DNA of 64,000 nucleotides from a virus. Location of the stretch: IMG/VR virus record IMGVR_UViG_3300027805_000011, positions 3,017 through 67,016 of that record; one strand, written 5' to 3'. Positions within the stretch are counted from its first letter, which is position 1, and each line of letters opens with the position of its first letter. Under the pieces are notes generated by a model. That model made no database searches and had not been told where the DNA came from. It worked only from the letters and a program-made list of their open reading frames with translations. This document shows, piece after piece, positions 17,095 to 27,069 of the stretch. Both the position numbers and the translations under genes were made by a program.

Positions 17095-18270
17095 ATGGCT
17101 TGCCAAAATATCGAAGCTCTCTTCGTCGAACATGCCGGACTGATCCGGAACAATGTCGCGAAGAACATCATCAACTCCGATTTCTACCTGAAATATCTGC
17201 CGCGTGAGCAGTGGATGGACGGTCAGGGAACGGAATATCAATACCCTATCTACGAGCGCACGCTTTCTAGCTCGCCCGTTTCTTTCTCGGCATGGGAAAG
17301 CTCGGACGGCGAAGCGGGTGGTCAGTGCCAGATTGCCGGTCAAAACATCGACAATTTCGGCATCACCCTGCGTTCGACCAGCCTGAAAAAGGCCGCGCTG
17401 AACTCGCCTGACATCTGTTTGGACGACCTTCAGTTCGCCTGGCAGGTGGAAGATCAGGTCAAAAACATCGTTCGTGTCCTCTCGGAGAACACCAAGTGGG
17501 TCTGGACAAATGCTTATCAGGACGAATACATCGACGCCTGCGGAACCAAAATGGTTGCAGCGCCGAACCTTCCGTCCGGTAGCGCGACCTTCCCGCTCTC
17601 TCCGGCAACTTCCAAGTTGACCTGGGGGATCCTCGAAGAGATCTACCAGCAGTTGGGATACAACGGCGGCGGCATCAATCCGTTCGCCCGCGTGGACGAG
17701 ATGACGCCTATTTACGCCGCTGTCGGCGAGAGGTTCACCTTCCATGATCTCAAGCGCCAAGACGCCAACACCCGTGACGATTTCCGTTACGCTTACGAGG
17801 GTTCGGAGACCCAGTCGCCGATGCTCGGAGCGCCCGGTCTGTCCGGCGTGTATCGCGGCTTCCGCTTCTTCACCGTCGAATTCCCGCCCCGCTACGATTT
17901 CGTTGGCGGTCAGTGGGTTCGCCGTCAGCCCTTCGCGTCGACCCCGACGACCAAGGGTCACAAGTGGGAAGTTTCGGATGCGTATAAGAACGCTGAATAC
18001 ACGGACACCGTGATTTATCACGCTGACGTGCTGAAGGTTCTCATTCCCAAGCCGAAGACCACCAGCCCGATGAAATACAATCCGCAGTATTCCTGGACCG
18101 GCGAATTCGTTTTCCGGAATATCCCTGACCGCGATTGTAATATCGACGGCAACGTGGGCTTCTTCCGGGCGCTGTTCGCCTACGGCCCCAAGATTGAGCG
18201 TCCTGACCTCGGCTTTGTGGTCCGCCACAAACGCTGCGCTCGCGCCCTCGACTTGGTCGCTTGCTACTAA
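17095..18270 (+). CDS. Major capsid protein
   Basis: 391 aa after the scaffold, with SD AAGGAG, its own promoter and a downstream hairpin. The call rests on position and size. Confidence 0.8.
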   Translation: MACQNIEALFVEHAGLIRNNVAKNIINSDFYLKYLPREQWMDGQGTEYQYPIYERTLSSSPVSFSAWESSDGEAGGQCQIAGQNIDNFGITLRSTSLKKAALNSPDICLDDLQFAWQVEDQVKNIVRVLSENTKWVWTNAYQDEYIDACGTKMVAAPNLPSGSATFPLSPATSKLTWGILEEIYQQLGYNGGGINPFARVDEMTPIYAAVGERFTFHDLKRQDANTRDDFRYAYEGSETQSPMLGAPGLSGVYRGFRFFTVEFPPRYDFVGGQWVRRQPFASTPTTKGHKWEVSDAYKNAEYTDTVIYHADVLKVLIPKPKTTSPMKYNPQYSWTGEFVFRNIPDRDCNIDGNVGFFRALFAYGPKIERPDLGFVVRHKRCARALDLVACY

Positions 18271-18290
18271 TCGTAGCACCTCACATCACT

Positions 18291-18310
18291 CTGGGAGCTC
18301 CGGCTCCCAG
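18291..18310 (+). terminator. Hairpin after the capsid gene
   Basis: CTGGGAGC-TCCG-GCTCCCAG, extendable by GCACCTC/GAGGTGC. Confidence 0.55.
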
Positions 18311-18336
18311 GGTGCCAGAGGTGCTCCATTTCTAGC

Positions 18337-18639
18337 ATGAACATCCCTTCGCCGAATCCCATCGTCTTTCCGGCTGCACCGGAGAAGACGTTTCCGCACC
18401 TCTGGATCCGGAGGCTGTTGCTCGAAAGCCCTGCCGTTGATGAAGGCAAAATGGAGGCGCACTTCTCCCCCTACAACGCCGACACCCGCGAAATCGGCCC
18501 TTCGGCTTTCGACACCCAATTTACGACCAACGACTTGTGGGACGCGATCAACGAAGTTCCGGAGGTCGCCGCGGCTTATGCTGCTATATTAGAGTCTGTC
18601 GCGCCGATGATCGCGTGGCTTTCCAATAGAAACCAATAA
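18337..18639 (+). CDS. Hypothetical protein
   Basis: 100 aa ORF in operon orientation. Confidence 0.65.
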   Translation: MNIPSPNPIVFPAAPEKTFPHLWIRRLLLESPAVDEGKMEAHFSPYNADTREIGPSAFDTQFTTNDLWDAINEVPEVAAAYAAILESVAPMIAWLSNRNQ

Positions 18640-18641
18640 TT

Positions 18642-18869
18642 ATGAAATTCGCAATCCCTGAAGGAATGGTCCCGCCCGATGGCGTGGAAGTCGGCTCGAC
18701 ATTCGACGCCCTTGCTACCCTCAAACTTGGTGAAGGTGAGCTTGAGCTCGTCGCCGTCGACGGTCTCCCCGTCGCTGCGTCCGAAGCTCCCGAAGCCGAA
18801 GAGGCCGAGGAGATGGGTGAAGAGATGGGCTTCGAGGAAGCCATCCGCTCCGGAATGATGGAGGGTTAA
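18642..18869 (+). CDS. Hypothetical acidic protein
   Basis: 75 aa, Glu-rich, in operon orientation. Confidence 0.65.
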   Translation: MKFAIPEGMVPPDGVEVGSTFDALATLKLGEGELELVAVDGLPVAASEAPEAEEAEEMGEEMGFEEAIRSGMMEG

Positions 18870-18873
18870 TCCC

Positions 18874-21213
18874 GTGATCGCCGACACGGAGCGTCTCATT
18901 GACGGCTTCCGCGGTGTTCCTGCGGGCATGGACGGCTCCAAGGAGCCGCCACTGACACCGGGCGATGCCGTCTGGTATGCGACCAACGTCACCTTCCGCG
19001 GTGGCAACGGTCCGCGCACCCGTCCTGGGTTTCGCGAGATCCCTCCGACTTACTGGCGCAATCCGCAGCCAGTCAAAGAAGTGTCGTCGATAAGCATTGC
19101 AAGCGGCATTGCTACGGTCACCACGTCGGCCAACCACAACTACGACAACAAAGACAAAGTGACAGTGGCGGGGGCTACTCCGTCTGGGCTTAACGGAACG
19201 CACGTCGTCACGGTCACCGGATCTACGACATTCACGTTTCCGACTTCGGCGTCTGGTTCGGTATCCGGCACGATCACTTGTTTTCGCGACATTGATGCGA
19301 CTTACAACGAAGACTTCATCAATTCGACGACCAGCCGCGTGAGGTTTGCCAACGACATTCTCGGTGCGGTTTACGTGCAGGGTGCGACGGTCTACCAAGA
19401 CCCCCGAGAAGGCAACCCGTCACAGATGATTGTCGTAGTCGATGGCAAAATCATGGCGCTTAACTTCAACGATTTCTCATGCTATCGGCTCAATCTTTCC
19501 GACGAGATTGCTTCAGATGTGCCCGCTTACATGGTCCAAGCCGAAAAGTATCTTATCATCCAAACTGGGCAGAATGAACCTCGTGTCTACGACGGATATG
19601 CGGTCCGCAGGGCCAGTTACTATGGCGACGAAGTCGTGCCGATCGGAAAACAAATGGCTTATGGGCAAGGTCGTCTTTTCGTCGCGGTCAACGAAGGTGC
19701 CGAGATCATCGCGGGCGACTTGGTCTTTGGGGGTTCGGCAACCAATGTCGGTATCACCAGTTCCAGCGCGGCCAACCCGACCGTCATCACGACAGCCTTG
19801 GCACACGGTTTCACCAACGGGGACCAAGTGACAATCAGCGGGCACAGCGGAAGCCCGACGATCAATTCGACCTATGCCGTTTCCGGGGTGACCGCGACCA
19901 CGTTCACGATTCCTGTCTCCGTAACGACCGCTGGACGCGGCGGATTTGTCAGCCGATTCAACGCGGGGCAAGACAGCGACCTTTTGCGCTTCACGGAAAA
20001 CACCTTCCTCAACGAAGGCGGCAGCTTCGCACCGACTGGGAAAGTCGGTCGGGTTACGGGATTGGCCTTTCTTCCGGTGCAGGATACCTCGACTGGCCAA
20101 GGTGATCTGATTGCTTTCTGCGAACGCGGGGCTGTCACTTTTCAAGTCTCCGCGCCACGCGACCAGTGGAAAGATTTGCAGGGGTTTCAGCGTGTGCTTT
20201 TCGACAACATCGGCTCGACCAGCGAAAGCGTTATACCGATCAACGGCGATTTGTTTTTCCGGAGCCGCGAAGGCAATGGCATCCGAACTTACCGCAACGC
20301 CAGGGCCGAGGCCGACGGCTACGGTCAGACTCCGATCAGCGCGGAAATCGATCCGGTCCTCAAGCAGGACACGTCATGGATGCTCGACCAAGTGAGCTTT
20401 GCCAATTTCGACAACCGTCTCTTGATGACATGTCTGCCACGACAATTCCCTCGCCGCGCTCTGAACCAAGCCGAGGCTGATCAGTTTGCCGCCGAACCGA
20501 TCCCGACACTTTACAACGGTATTGCCGTTTTGGACTTCCAATCGGTCTCGACGGGGCGAGGTAAAGCGGCCGCTGTTTTTGATGGCGTCTGGACGGGTCT
20601 TCGCATCGTCAAGCTCGTGCAGGGCACATTCGACGGGGAGCCGCGCTGCTTTGCCGTGTGTTTCCATGAGGACGAGACCGCCCGCCGGATCGAGATCTGG
20701 GAGATCACCAAGAACGACGAGTTCGACACCCCGCAGGAAGGTCGCCGTCGCATCGAGGCTGGCATCGTGACACGGGCCTTTAATTTTGCGGATAGCCCCG
20801 GCGGCGGCAACATGACTTTGAAGAAGTTGGTTCGCTGCGATTTGTGGTTTGACGATCTTGGAGGTGGGCTTGATTTCCCTTTCACTTGCCAACTGGCCTA
20901 TCGGCCCGACGACTACCCGAACTTCACCACTTGGCAGAACTTTGAGCGGGCTTTCGAGACCGAATACAACATGACCTATGCCGCGCCTCCGAACGACACG
21001 GCCCCGATCGAGCCATACAACTACGAGCGCGGTTACGCCCCGCAGGTCCGGTTTCCCGCCCCGCCGCTGACCGCCAATATCGCAACCAATGTTCCGGCTT
21101 ACTTGGGACATGACTTTACGCTGCGGGTCAACTGGACAGGACGGGCCAGGCTCGGGCGGCTCATGCTGCACGGCTACAAGCTGGTCGAGGCAACCGGAGG
21201 AGGAACCCTGTAA
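18874..21213 (+). CDS. Tail tubular / DNA stabilisation protein (P22 gp10 or T7 gp12-like nozzle)
   Basis: 779 aa, GTG start, beta-rich, in the position expected after the capsid. It carries two inserted H-(N/G)-(Y/F) beta-modules. Confidence 0.65.
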   Translation: MIADTERLIDGFRGVPAGMDGSKEPPLTPGDAVWYATNVTFRGGNGPRTRPGFREIPPTYWRNPQPVKEVSSISIASGIATVTTSANHNYDNKDKVTVAGATPSGLNGTHVVTVTGSTTFTFPTSASGSVSGTITCFRDIDATYNEDFINSTTSRVRFANDILGAVYVQGATVYQDPREGNPSQMIVVVDGKIMALNFNDFSCYRLNLSDEIASDVPAYMVQAEKYLIIQTGQNEPRVYDGYAVRRASYYGDEVVPIGKQMAYGQGRLFVAVNEGAEIIAGDLVFGGSATNVGITSSSAANPTVITTALAHGFTNGDQVTISGHSGSPTINSTYAVSGVTATTFTIPVSVTTAGRGGFVSRFNAGQDSDLLRFTENTFLNEGGSFAPTGKVGRVTGLAFLPVQDTSTGQGDLIAFCERGAVTFQVSAPRDQWKDLQGFQRVLFDNIGSTSESVIPINGDLFFRSREGNGIRTYRNARAEADGYGQTPISAEIDPVLKQDTSWMLDQVSFANFDNRLLMTCLPRQFPRRALNQAEADQFAAEPIPTLYNGIAVLDFQSVSTGRGKAAAVFDGVWTGLRIVKLVQGTFDGEPRCFAVCFHEDETARRIEIWEITKNDEFDTPQEGRRRIEAGIVTRAFNFADSPGGGNMTLKKLVRCDLWFDDLGGGLDFPFTCQLAYRPDDYPNFTTWQNFERAFETEYNMTYAAPPNDTAPIEPYNYERGYAPQVRFPAPPLTANIATNVPAYLGHDFTLRVNWTGRARLGRLMLHGYKLVEATGGGTL

Positions 21214-21371
21214 TGCCCGACCTTCAGGAAATCCCGACACTGGATACGGCGATCAAGCCAGAGATGAACTCTTGGAGCAGCCCTCCGCAGGGCTTTTTGC
21301 TCCTAATCGAGGAAAGCCCCGACTACGGCATCTTGATTGATGATGCCGGCAACCGTTTGCTGATCGAGTAA
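21213..21371 (+). CDS. Small hypothetical protein
   Basis: 52 aa (MPDLQEIP...NRLLIE), ATG overlapping the upstream stop. Confidence 0.55.
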   Translation: MPDLQEIPTLDTAIKPEMNSWSSPPQGFLLLIEESPDYGILIDDAGNRLLIE

Positions 21372-21391
21372 TAACCCTGTAAAATAATACG

Positions 21392-22318
21392 ATGGCTTAC
21401 ACCTCCAACAAGAAACCCGGCGCTTTAGATCCCGCGCTGTCTCTTGGGGCGACCAATAACTTGGTCGTCGACCAGAACGGCAGCGTGGTCCGGGCTACGC
21501 TGGCCCAGTTGGAGGCCAAGATGTTCGATGCCAAGACGGCCAAGACATCGGTAGACGGCTCGGAAGTGGTCATTGTCCGCCAGACCGACGACACGTTACG
21601 CCAAGTCCCGCTCAACAACATCGTCAAAAATGGTTTAATTACGAACGATCTGGTCAGCGCCTCGGCGGGTATCGTCGACACCAAGCTGGCCACGATCAAC
21701 ACGGCCGGAAAAGTGACCAACCAAGCGGTGCAGGCCACGGCTTTGAACACGGCCGATCGCATCGTGACCCGTGACGGCAGCGGGAACTTCGCCGCTGGGA
21801 CGATCACCGCGACTCTCTCCGGAAATGCCAGCACGGCAACCGTGGCGAATGCTTGGGCGACGGCAAGGAATTTGTCTCTGACCGGCGATGTCACCGCGAC
21901 CCTTACCACGGTCGACGGCAGCGGAAACGTCAGTGCCGCCGCGACAATCGCCAATGATGCGGTCACCACGGCCAAGATTCTCAACGCCAATGTAACGACC
22001 GCGAAGATTGCCGACGACGCGGTGACCACGGCGAAGATCCTCAACGCCAATGTGACGACCGCTAAAATCGCGGATGATGCCGTGACCACTGCCAAGATCG
22101 CCGACGGTGCCGTGACCGCCGCCAAGATCGATCCCGCCGCCAAGATCAACGGAGCGCAGGGTGGTGGATCTGATCGTGTCTTCTATGAGAACGACCAGAG
22201 CGTGAACACAAACTACACAATTTCGACGAGCAAGAATGCCATGAGCGCAGGCCCGATCACCGTGGCCAGCGGAGTGAGCGTCACTGTGCCGAACGGCTCA
22301 ACTTGGACAATCGTATAA
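21392..22318 (+). CDS. Tail fibre protein with VTTAKI repeats
   Basis: Six 10-aa (A/N)VT(T/A)AKI repeats. C-terminal GGGSDRVFYEN...NAMSAGPITV..G..VTVP.GSTWTIV motif typical of aquatic phage fibres. Confidence 0.75.
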   Translation: MAYTSNKKPGALDPALSLGATNNLVVDQNGSVVRATLAQLEAKMFDAKTAKTSVDGSEVVIVRQTDDTLRQVPLNNIVKNGLITNDLVSASAGIVDTKLATINTAGKVTNQAVQATALNTADRIVTRDGSGNFAAGTITATLSGNASTATVANAWATARNLSLTGDVTATLTTVDGSGNVSAAATIANDAVTTAKILNANVTTAKIADDAVTTAKILNANVTTAKIADDAVTTAKIADGAVTAAKIDPAAKINGAQGGGSDRVFYENDQSVNTNYTISTSKNAMSAGPITVASGVSVTVPNGSTWTIV

Positions 22319-22319
22319 T

Positions 22320-22817
22320 ATGCCAGCAACCATCAACGGAACTACGGGATTCGGCGGCAACCTCACGGGGAACGTGACGGGGAATGTGACCGGCACATCC
22401 AGCGCGGTTGCTGACGGTGCGGTTTCTGCTGCCAAGCTCGACGGAGCGCAGAGTGGATCTGCTCCGGTCTATGGGTGTAGGGCGTGGGTCAATTTTAATG
22501 GCAACGCTGGCTCAACAGTTGATGGCGAGTTTCGATGCACGATTCGCGAAAGCGGCAACGTGTCAAAAGTTGTCAGAACTGGCGGTGCTACAGGGACAGA
22601 CACGGGCGTGTATTTGGTAACACTGACAACAGCCATGAGCGATTCTAACTATTCCGCCGTTTGCTCAATCAAGGCTGTCGATGATTCAGCGCGTCACTTC
22701 GACTTTGTGGCAGTAAGGCCAGAAAGTGCGTCTGTAATACGCATCGTTTGTTCTGGGCCAGTAACTCCATTCAACGGAGTCAATGCCGGTATAGTTTCGC
22801 TCGCCATCTTCCGCTAA
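22320..22817 (+). CDS. Short tail-fibre tip protein (paralogue A)
   Basis: AKLDGAQ.G.AP.YGCRAWV.F, shared with 23451-23918. Confidence 0.65.
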   Translation: MPATINGTTGFGGNLTGNVTGNVTGTSSAVADGAVSAAKLDGAQSGSAPVYGCRAWVNFNGNAGSTVDGEFRCTIRESGNVSKVVRTGGATGTDTGVYLVTLTTAMSDSNYSAVCSIKAVDDSARHFDFVAVRPESASVIRIVCSGPVTPFNGVNAGIVSLAIFR

Positions 22818-22829
22818 CCACCACACGCC

Positions 22830-23447
22830 ATGCCAATCTCCATCGAAGCAGATCCAACACTCGCGCAGGGTTACATCAAGGTAAACGGCACCACGGCGGC
22901 GACCATCTCGACGGCGGGCATTGTGTCCGGTGGTATTCCGGCGGGAGCAGTCATGCCTTTCGCCATGAACTCCGCACCGTCCGGTTGGCTCGCGGCCAAC
23001 GGCGCGCAGGTCAGCCGCTCGACCTACGCCGCGCTCTTCGCCGCCATCGGCACGACCTACGGCGCAGGCGACGGCAGCGGAACATTCAACCTGCCAGACT
23101 TGCAGGGCATCTTTGTGCGAGGCTCAGGGTCGCAGACGATCAGCGGGACCGCGCACGCGGGAACACTTGCGGAGAAGCAGGGTGATGCGATTCGGAATAT
23201 CACTGGGAATCTCACGTTGCGGCGCGGCAGATTTGCGGGCGGAACAAGCGGTGATGTTTTCACTGCGACAACTGGCCCATTTTCGGAAAACGTAACTGAC
23301 ACAGGCGTTAATACACCACGAATTAACTTTGAGGGAACAGAGGTCACGTCGCGCCAAAGAGTAACTTTTGACGCCAGCACCGTGGTTCCCACCGCCGACA
23401 CCAACCGCCCGGCCAACATCGCGCTGCTTTACTGCATCAAACATTAA
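22830..23447 (+). CDS. Phage tail collar domain protein
   Basis: PAGAVMPFAMNSAPSGWLAANG..VSRSTYAALFAAIGTTYGAGDG..TFNLPDL.G.F.RG. Confidence 0.88.
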   Translation: MPISIEADPTLAQGYIKVNGTTAATISTAGIVSGGIPAGAVMPFAMNSAPSGWLAANGAQVSRSTYAALFAAIGTTYGAGDGSGTFNLPDLQGIFVRGSGSQTISGTAHAGTLAEKQGDAIRNITGNLTLRRGRFAGGTSGDVFTATTGPFSENVTDTGVNTPRINFEGTEVTSRQRVTFDASTVVPTADTNRPANIALLYCIKH

Positions 23448-23450
23448 GCC

Positions 23451-23918
23451 ATGCCTACTTCAATCACATCCTCCGGTATCACATTCGACGATGCGACGAC
23501 GCAGACGACCAGCGCGACCAAAGCGGGCGGCATCGGGACGACGCAGTTGGCTAACGCTGCGGTAACCGCGGCGAAGCTCGACGGCGCACAGACCGGCACG
23601 GCGCCGATCTATGGATGTCGCGCTTGGGTCAGCTTTGTCGGAACCACAGGATCAACAGTGGACGGCGAGTTTCGCTGCACAATTAACGGGAGTGGCAATG
23701 TCACAAAAGTTGTTCGCAACAGCACTGGCATATTTACGGTTCATCTCACAACGGCAATGCCGACCGCCAACTACGCTGTCACCATGAGCTATCAAATTGC
23801 GTCTGCTCTCAACACAGGGCGCGCAACTCAAACAACGACAAACCAAATTACTTTGGCGTTTGCAGACGGCAACGGTGCTCAAAATCCAACGCTTTGCGGT
23901 GTGGCAATACTCGGATGA
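23451..23918 (+). CDS. Short tail-fibre tip protein (paralogue B)
   Basis: Shares GSTVDGEFRCTI..SGNV.KVVR with 22320-22817. Confidence 0.65.
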   Translation: MPTSITSSGITFDDATTQTTSATKAGGIGTTQLANAAVTAAKLDGAQTGTAPIYGCRAWVSFVGTTGSTVDGEFRCTINGSGNVTKVVRNSTGIFTVHLTTAMPTANYAVTMSYQIASALNTGRATQTTTNQITLAFADGNGAQNPTLCGVAILG

Positions 23919-23982
23919 CCCCACGGCAAAAGGCAAAAGCATGGCAAGACGAGCACGACGCTAACAAAACTTTCTAACTAAC

Positions 23983-24402
23983 ATGGCACTCATCCCAGGA
24001 ACACTCCCGACCGGAACCAAGTATCCCAACGACCCGCAGTCGTTGCTTGATACGTTTGCTTCTTATCTCACAGCACCCGAGGTCAAGAAGAACCGCCCGA
24101 CGGTGACCGAATACACCGCCGTCGACGGTGCGACGATCTCTGTGCGTCCAGACGGGTTGGATGAAACAATCTTCCTCAATCATACGACCACGGCGACTGC
24201 GGCCACTTTATTGTTCCCGACTAATGCGAACAGCGTGACGGGTCAGATTGTCCGGCTCTTTTCCCGTAGCGCCGTGACGACGCTCACGGTGACGACGCCG
24301 GGAAGCGTGGTCATCCGTGGCACTGCTTTGACTTCGCTGTCGGCCAACGGCTCGGCGGCTTGGCAAAAAGTCGCCACCGACACTTGGATTAGGCTCCAAT
24401 AA
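23983..24402 (+). CDS. Putative virion structural protein
   Basis: 139 aa, Thr-rich and beta-like, coupled to the next gene. Confidence 0.55.
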   Translation: MALIPGTLPTGTKYPNDPQSLLDTFASYLTAPEVKKNRPTVTEYTAVDGATISVRPDGLDETIFLNHTTTATAATLLFPTNANSVTGQIVRLFSRSAVTTLTVTTPGSVVIRGTALTSLSANGSAAWQKVATDTWIRLQ

Positions 24403-27053
24403 TGTCGACCTACCTACAAGCCCGCACCTTGCTCGCACCCTACGTCGACAATGGCGTGGCGGTGACCGACACGACGCGCATCGACCAGCGGATCGATGAG
24501 GCCCAGCGCCGTCTCATCGACCATTACAACTTCCTTTCCCGCCGTGAAGAAAGCGCCCGCACCCCGCTAGTGTGGCAGGCGGGCGGCACGACGGGCGTTG
24601 CTGCCACGGCTAGTCTCATCCTCCCCAATCTTGATGCAACCAAGAACATGATCTTGGCGCTGTGGCGTGAGGAGAATAACCAACTTGAACTGTCCAACGG
24701 TCTGGAGACCAAGGCGTATAGCTACATCGAGCGTAATATCACCAACGAGGTGGAGCGTGAACGCCGCACCGCCTACGAGTCGCTCACGGTCAACGGGCAG
24801 AATACCTTTGGCGGCATGGTCGGCCGGGTCGGTCTGGAGACCTTGATCCAATACCGGATGCCTGTCTCGCGCATCAAGAGCTTCGTCAACCGTGCCTACC
24901 AGCAGGCGATCGACCACCACAATTTCATCTCCCGCCGCGAGAATCTGGAGCGCAACACGATCACCTTCAATGCGCTGACGCTCGACATCGACGCCTTCGA
25001 CGCTTTGCTTCCCGACGAGGTGGTCCGCCTCCTGACTCTCTCGAACATCGTGACTGATGGGGGCGGCGATGGCACGGGGCTCAAACAGCAAGCCCTCGAA
25101 CTAATCGAGCGCAACATCACCTCGACCGTGGAGCGGGCTCGCCGGACCGCAGCCGGAACCGAGGGCCGTCTGCACAACGAACTGCCCAACGGTGTCGCCA
25201 TCCCTACGGCGCGACTGACTCAATTCCTCTCCCAAGCCGCGACTGAGGCGGGGGTGCATTACGACTTTCTCGCCCGCCGCGAAGACTATTCCTCCGGCGT
25301 GAAGCCCAATCCGTTTTCCTACGAAGTGCTCAAGTCGCTGGTCGAATCTTATTTTGCCACAGCCAATGGCTCAGTCGATGTCGCCTCGGCCAAGAAGGGT
25401 GAAGCCTTTCAGATTATCGAGCGCGACCTGATGCAGAACGTGGAGAACGCCCGCCGTCAAACCGCTGGTGAGGAGGGTCGTCTGCACAATGAATTGCCCG
25501 AGGGTGTTCGCGTCTCAACGGCCCGGCTGACCACGTATCTTTCCCAAGCGGCCAGTGACGCTTCGGTCCATTACGATTTCCTCGCCCGGCGGGAAGACTA
25601 TTCCGGCGGCGTCAAACCGAATCCGTTTTCTTTCGAGATCCGCAAAAAGCTCGTCGAGTCCTACATCGCCACAGCCAATGCGGGGATCGAAGCTGCGACG
25701 GTGCTCAAACAAGAGGCTTTTGCCGTTATCGAACGTGACCTCATGCGGGATGTGGAAGCCGCCCGTCGTGCCGCGGCAGGGGAAGAAGGCCGTCTGCACA
25801 ATGAACTTCCCGAGGGTGTGCGGATTTCCACCACCCGACTGACCCAATATCTAAGCCAAGCTGCCACTGAAGCGGGCGCTCACTGGGACTTCTTGGCCCG
25901 CCGTGAGAATTATTCCAGTGGAACCAAACCCAATCCTTTTACTTATGAAATCCGGAAAAAGTTCGTGGAGTCCTATGTCGCGTCCGGGGCTGGTCAAATC
26001 GAAGCCTCGGCGGCGCTCAAAGCCGAAGGCCAAGCGTTGATCGAACGCGATCTCATGGCCCAAGTCGAAGCGGTGCGGAGAGCGGCTGCGGGCGACGAGG
26101 GCAAGTTGCACAATGAACTGCCCAACGGCGTCACCATCCCGACACCGCGCCTGACGACTTTCTTGTCCCAAGCCTCGACCGAAATCGGGGCGCACCAAGC
26201 ATTCCTGCAACGGCGTGAGGATTACAATGGCGCGGCTCCGACGCCGACCTATGAGCAGCGCAAGCTCTTGGTCGAGGCATACCTTGCCACGGCGGCTGGT
26301 CAGCCGGATGTGGCTACGGCGCTCAAACAGCAAGCCTTGGCCATCGTCGAGCGCGATGTCATGCAGTCGATCGAGGCGGCGCGGCGGGCAACCCGTCAGG
26401 CGCTTGCCGCGACAGCCAGCGACACCTTCGGCTACCACTGGGGCCGGATCGGTCTGGAACTGCCGCAAGCCTACCAGCTTTCCGACAATGCCGTGCAGCG
26501 CCATGTCAACACGGCCGAGGAGCAACTGATGGCCGCTGGCAAGTGGGTCGGGACGGTCGCCGAGTATACCCTGACGGTGAACGCGACCGGCGAGTTCTTC
26601 CTGCCCCGCGAAGTTGAGACGATTCTTTTCATGTCCTTCGACGGCGATCCCAAGCCGGTCCATGACCGCTTGAACGAGTGGATCAAAGGCGGCACAGGCT
26701 ACCGCGAGACCGACGATGCTTGGCGGCAGGGGGCCGTGGACCGTGGAGAGGCGATCGACCCAGCCGACGGGTTCCTCAAGCGTAAATACTGGATCACCCT
26801 GCCGACCACCGTTCCGGTCGTCCGCATCCTGGGCAAACGCCGCTTCGTCCACCACACCAGCAACTCGGAGAAGATGTATCTCCGCAACTACCAAGCAATC
26901 TTTGAGGCGACCAAGGGTTTGATCTTGGGCGGTGACCAGATCACCCCGCATATCGACAAAGCCAAGGAGATGCTGGCTACCCAGATCGCCCAACAGAGTT
27001 TCCAAGGTAACCGCGGAGCCGCCCACACCCGTCGCGTTCTCATGTTTCGGTGA
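24402..27053 (+). CDS. Head-tail adaptor-like protein with 104-aa tandem repeats
   Basis: G(R/K)LHNELP recurs at 25164, 25476, 25788 and 26100 (exact 312-nt period), with three further degenerate units. The adaptor call is inferred from the last unit and from synteny. Confidence 0.55.
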   Translation: MSTYLQARTLLAPYVDNGVAVTDTTRIDQRIDEAQRRLIDHYNFLSRREESARTPLVWQAGGTTGVAATASLILPNLDATKNMILALWREENNQLELSNGLETKAYSYIERNITNEVERERRTAYESLTVNGQNTFGGMVGRVGLETLIQYRMPVSRIKSFVNRAYQQAIDHHNFISRRENLERNTITFNALTLDIDAFDALLPDEVVRLLTLSNIVTDGGGDGTGLKQQALELIERNITSTVERARRTAAGTEGRLHNELPNGVAIPTARLTQFLSQAATEAGVHYDFLARREDYSSGVKPNPFSYEVLKSLVESYFATANGSVDVASAKKGEAFQIIERDLMQNVENARRQTAGEEGRLHNELPEGVRVSTARLTTYLSQAASDASVHYDFLARREDYSGGVKPNPFSFEIRKKLVESYIATANAGIEAATVLKQEAFAVIERDLMRDVEAARRAAAGEEGRLHNELPEGVRISTTRLTQYLSQAATEAGAHWDFLARRENYSSGTKPNPFTYEIRKKFVESYVASGAGQIEASAALKAEGQALIERDLMAQVEAVRRAAAGDEGKLHNELPNGVTIPTPRLTTFLSQASTEIGAHQAFLQRREDYNGAAPTPTYEQRKLLVEAYLATAAGQPDVATALKQQALAIVERDVMQSIEAARRATRQALAATASDTFGYHWGRIGLELPQAYQLSDNAVQRHVNTAEEQLMAAGKWVGTVAEYTLTVNATGEFFLPREVETILFMSFDGDPKPVHDRLNEWIKGGTGYRETDDAWRQGAVDRGEAIDPADGFLKRKYWITLPTTVPVVRILGKRRFVHHTSNSEKMYLRNYQAIFEATKGLILGGDQITPHIDKAKEMLATQIAQQSFQGNRGAAHTRRVLMFR

Positions 27054-27069
27054 TATAATAACTGTGCAA

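Noticed and set aside
18262-18337. Capsid stop-codon readthrough into the in-frame 18337 gene (hairpins surround the stop)
   Set aside because: A second in-frame stop (TAG) follows two codons later, and no slippery heptamer is present.
23915-23977. 20-codon ORF MTPRQKAKAWQDEHDANKTF overlapping the upstream stop
   Set aside because: Too short to support; at most a gene remnant.
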